A stretch of DNA of 64,000 nucleotides, taken from Selaginella moellendorffii (taxonomy: Eukaryota; Plantae; Lycopodiophyta). The stretch covers positions 1,570,446 through 1,634,445 of the forward strand of contig NW_003314265.1 of assembly GCF_000143415.4 (NCBI RefSeq). The letters are read 5' to 3'. Shown in pieces: positions 60,134 to 64,000 of the stretch; within the stretch, counting starts at the first letter, position 1; every line of letters begins with the position of its first letter. The notes under the pieces are model-generated. The model was not told where the DNA came from. It saw only the letters and a program-made list of their open reading frames with translations, and did no database searches. The position numbers were made by a program, and so were the translations under genes.

Positions 60134-60672
60134 CCCTCCCCTCTAGAATCCCCGCCGCCGCCCCACCGGCATTGATCCGGATCTACTCCGGCGCCTATGC
60201 AGTACCTGGGATCTGCCGGATGAACCAGTCGCCTCTCCAGCCACTCTAGGTCTTGCCCTAATTCCGTTCCTTTATGATCTCTTACTTACCCGGTCGGGCT
60301 CGATGCTCAAAGAAGATTAGTCTTATCTTTTTGGGAATGCCTGCTCGTCTCTGCTGTGATCGGATCTTCTTCTCCTCGATCAACAACGATGAACTTTGAG
60401 ATCAACAAAAAAGCTTCTTCTCTATGTGTTCTGATCCTTTTTTTTTTTCTCTTCTTTTGTGTGTGTAGACAAGTTGGTGGTGCTCTCTTGATGATCCCGC
60501 TCAACGTACGGAAGCTCAAATATGCTGCCGTACACCCCCGCCCGCTGTGCGAGAAATCACCACCAAGATTTAAATTTTTTTTTCCCTTGCTTTTTAACAT
60601 TATCTGAAGCTGGGTGCCTTTTCTGATAAAACAAATCCTTTAGGTTTTCCTAAGCATTCATTTTTTCGAGCG

Positions 60673-61683
60673 ATGGCAGACTATGTGTGGGCGAGTGACG
60701 CGCGGTTGCTAGGCGCTGGAGCGGACGGAGAGGTAAGGGTTGGGTTCCACCGAAAGACCGGAGACAAAGTAGCCATGAAGAAGATGTACGAGCACGAGTA
60801 CCTTTACGATACCATCATCAACGAGTCGGAGATCCTGGAAGAGGTAGCGCACGACAACGTTGTCAATCTTCTTGGGTTGACCTGCAACAACCAGGGGACG
60901 TTCATGGTGATGGAGCTCATGGACGGGAGTTTGCGCGATGTGGTCTCGTCACGCAAGCTTGGGGAGCACGACATCAAGGCCGTGATGCGCCAGATCCTGG
61001 AGGGCCTGGCGTGGATTCACGCGCACAGAATCGTTCATCAAGACATCAAGACGAGCAACGTTCTCGTCAAAAGGGATGGAGAGAAGAATAAGCTTGTGGT
61101 GAAACTGGCGGACTTCACTACCGCGAGGAGGCTGCAGACACGCCCCTGGTCGAACGAGGTCGGGACCCTAACGTTCAACGCTCCGGAGCTTCTCAAGGGT
61201 GCCACCAGCTTTGGCACCGCAATCGACGTGTGGGGCGCCGGGTGTATATTCGCGGAGATGCTCCTGGGTAGCAATCCCTTTGACGTGCCCGACGAGGAGG
61301 ATGGAGACTCGCTCAACTATTTTGTGGCTGATTTTGCCAAGAAGCTGGACATCGATGGCTGTGGCATGGGCTATCAAGACAGGCGCCGAGAACGAGCACG
61401 CGAGAGGATCTTGGAGAAGATGGCGTGGTGGAAAGCTGAGGACGTGAGAAGCGGAATTAAAGACCCCAATGCCGTGGAGCTGCTCAAGAGGATGCTGGCG
61501 ATTGATCCGGCGAGGAGGATCTCGGCACAAAACGCCTTGAAGATGCCTTATTTCCAAGAGAAGGCCGATGACACATTTGTGGAAGCCAGGCGAGTGCTTC
61601 CGACAATGGCGACTGCGAGTGCAAATTTAAGGCCAGCTTGGCTTAAAATCAACAACGCAGCCCCATCAATAGCTACAATGTAA
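60673..61683 (+). CDS. Divergent CDK-like (CMGC) protein kinase, intronless
   Basis: GAGADG, VAMKK, HQDIKTSN, ADFT, GTLTFNAPE, IDVWGAGCIFAEM, DPARRISA; no PSTAIRE. Confidence 0.85.
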   Translation: MADYVWASDARLLGAGADGEVRVGFHRKTGDKVAMKKMYEHEYLYDTIINESEILEEVAHDNVVNLLGLTCNNQGTFMVMELMDGSLRDVVSSRKLGEHDIKAVMRQILEGLAWIHAHRIVHQDIKTSNVLVKRDGEKNKLVVKLADFTTARRLQTRPWSNEVGTLTFNAPELLKGATSFGTAIDVWGAGCIFAEMLLGSNPFDVPDEEDGDSLNYFVADFAKKLDIDGCGMGYQDRRRERARERILEKMAWWKAEDVRSGIKDPNAVELLKRMLAIDPARRISAQNALKMPYFQEKADDTFVEARRVLPTMATASANLRPAWLKINNAAPSIATM

Positions 61684-63780
61684 ACAATGCTAGATTTATA
61701 GTAGTTTTTTCTGATATTCAATTTGTTTAAAATTTTTAATGTAAATTTTTATGTATATTTTTAAAATATTATGTTTTATTATATTCATAGTTTATAAATA
61801 AAAAGTTTTAAGTAATTCTCATTAAAGTAAAATTAAAATTAAAAATAGCACAATCTTATAATCAAATTTCTTAATAATAGGTAAGGTAACAAAGTTACTC
61901 ATTAACTCTTAAAAAATAAAGGATTAGGCACTTTTTCTTGAATATCCTTTTTGCCAAGAAAAAGGAATACAAAGGTTTGCGAAAACTTTGAATCAATTTA
62001 CAATCTTTAGAACATGATTGACCTTTTGCATGATCTACTTAGAGAAAAATCCAAAACTTTAGATGTATACATTCAGTCTTCATAAAATTTACAATAAATT
62101 TATAAATAAAATAATACAAATAAAAAATACCTTTGAACATTATCTAATTTTTTTTTACATTTATAATAAAATTCTAAGTGATTTAATCTATTATAATTTC
62201 AATTATGCATCATAGATTTATTGAAGTTATAATATAAAAACCATTAAAAGTTGGTAAAAACTTTAAATTATAAAAAAATTTACTATCTACATAAAAATAT
62301 ATAAAATATGGATTGCATAACTACAGTTATAACTATGTAAATAATTAATATAACTCAGTTTTTCCTTCTCTTAAAATAACAATATACGATACCCGTGACG
62401 GGTAAAAAATATAATAAAAATCATGAAAAATATTATTATTGACCCCTTCTTTTACTACTTCTCAATCTATTTAAGCTCTGCCAAATAAAAAATAAAAAAA
62501 ACTAACATAAATAGTGATGGCAATGAGAATTAAATTATACATGTTTCTTTGTCTACTTTTTACACATCAAAATTTTATTTAATAGTGAGAAGAAAGAACT
62601 AAATAACACAAATGTTATTTAAATTTGTGAAGAGTTAACAAGGATTAATTATGTTTGGATTTTTACTATTGCAATTTGATTTATCTTAATTGTAAGCACT
62701 AATACTTTTACTAATGTATTGACTAATTAATGCCTTAAAGTTCTTTCATTATAATTTGCAACTCTGATATGTTTGTTTTTATCTCCTCATTATTGGCTAA
62801 TATTATGTTAGATTTACAATTCTTTAAAACATTTCATTATAACTTTGAAATTTAAAAATTAAATAAGGTTAATTGTTTTGAAATAAAAATTTAAAAATTG
62901 GAGTAATTTTAAAATCATAATTCATTTAGTTAAAATTATAGTTCACTTAAAATCTTTATTGAAATATGAAATCTTAAAAAAAACTAAAATTATGCATATT
63001 ACACATTTCACATAAATTATGCTTTATGTATCTGTTACAAAAATTAAGAAATATTTTAACTTAAATATTTAAATATGTTTGATAGCTCATATATATGAAA
63101 AAAAAATGTTAGTATCTAAAACATATTTTGAAAATAGTTTTTTAAAGAAACTTATCTACACAATAATGAGATAAATTGAAATTGATATAGAAATTATACA
63201 TATTTTATGCTTTAGTAATTAAAAATTAGTTTTAATTTTTAAATTTAAAATTAATATATTAAATTCATCATTAATGTTATTACAATAAAATCAACAATAT
63301 AAAAAATGTAAGTGTAGAGATATTATTTTTTTTATTTTAATATGATAGTAGAAAAAGATGGAGAAAAAGGAGCTTAGTTTAACAAATCCACAACGCAATA
63401 AAAAAATTTTAAAAACATAACCAATTCAATTTATCTAAGTTAAAAGACCAAATAAATTATAACTAAAGTGATTTGAAGTTTACAAAATTAGTTATTAGTT
63501 TTTATATTACATTTTAACTAAGAGTACAATTTATTTTCCACAAATTAAGCCTTTGTTGCTTCCCTTTTTAAAAATTTTATGTGCAATTAAATATGATTTT
63601 ATTAAATTATGAAATTAAAATAACTTTCAATTAAAGTCAATATGTTTTTAATTTCTTATAATATTATTAATTTTTTGAATTTTAAAACACTTTATAAAAC
63701 AAATGTAATCAACAATATAAATGTCTATAATTATGCATTTTGCTCAAAATGCTACACTTCTACACTATAAGAGCAATAGA
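61684..63780. other. Very AT-rich non-coding island (about 2.1 kb)
   Basis: No ORFs in the track; composition drops abruptly at the kinase stop codon. Confidence 0.85.
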
Positions 63781-63859
63781 CTGTAAGAGCGATAGAGTTG
63801 GTAACTTTGGCTACCATCACTCGGCCAAAACGAGATTTTCAAACGAATATGCTATCAAA

Positions 63860-63896
63860 GCCCTAAACCCTAAACCTAGTGCCGACTTTAGGGTTT
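63860..63896. promoter_or_regulatory. Telobox cluster upstream of the next gene
   Basis: gccctaaaccctaaacct followed by ttagggttt. Confidence 0.65.
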
Positions 63897-63906
63897 TTGA
63901 GAAGAA

Positions 63907-64000
63907 ATGGAGGCGCCGGAGAAGAAGAAGCGCAAGCGCTCCAAGGGCGAGGAAGTGGTGGCCGTGGCCCATGGAGAACTCGGAGGCGCCAGTGGCGCCG
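63907..64000 (+). CDS. 5' end of an unidentified gene running off the window
   Basis: ATG in good context, open to the window end: MEAPEKKKRKRSKGEEVV (NLS-like), GC-rich codons, teloboxes upstream. Confidence 0.6.
   Translation, partial: MEAPEKKKRKRSKGEEVVAVAHGELGGASGA

Overview
Gene-dense land-plant nuclear DNA with about 30 genes in 64 kb, introns mostly 50-90 nt and some intergenic gaps under 100 bp. This architecture and gene set point to the lycophyte Selaginella (inference, not searched). Most genes are conserved: VQ protein, COBRA-like, 5'-nucleotidase, alpha-tubulin, ATL RING-H2, MON1, C1D/RRP47, LTI65/RD29-like, F-box, LRR-RLK, ARPC3, TLDc, cardiolipin synthase, pTAC10, SD2 lectin RLK, CYP65, GT31 galactosyltransferase, PRP4, complex I P1 and SCD2, plus one tRNA-Ala(UGC). 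Manual splicing recovers small genes the ORF track splits or misses: a RIN4/NOI-like gene, a TDIF-type CLE peptide gene and secreted cyanovirin-N-homolog (CVNH) genes. The most unusual items are: (1) an intact, spliced half-helicase derived from HAS1/DDX18 that lacks the DEAD domain and has degenerate motifs V and VI; (2) a CVNH micro-cluster of one intact gene, one frameshifted tandem copy and inverted fragments inserted 3 kb away; (3) a ZNFX1-like pseudogene followed by a TPR-like segment; (4) a spliced orphan gene resembling a microbial/fungal '...YIIDLD' family; (5) intronless genes abutting very AT-rich islands. All coordinates were read by eye; family calls come from recalled motifs, with no database searches.
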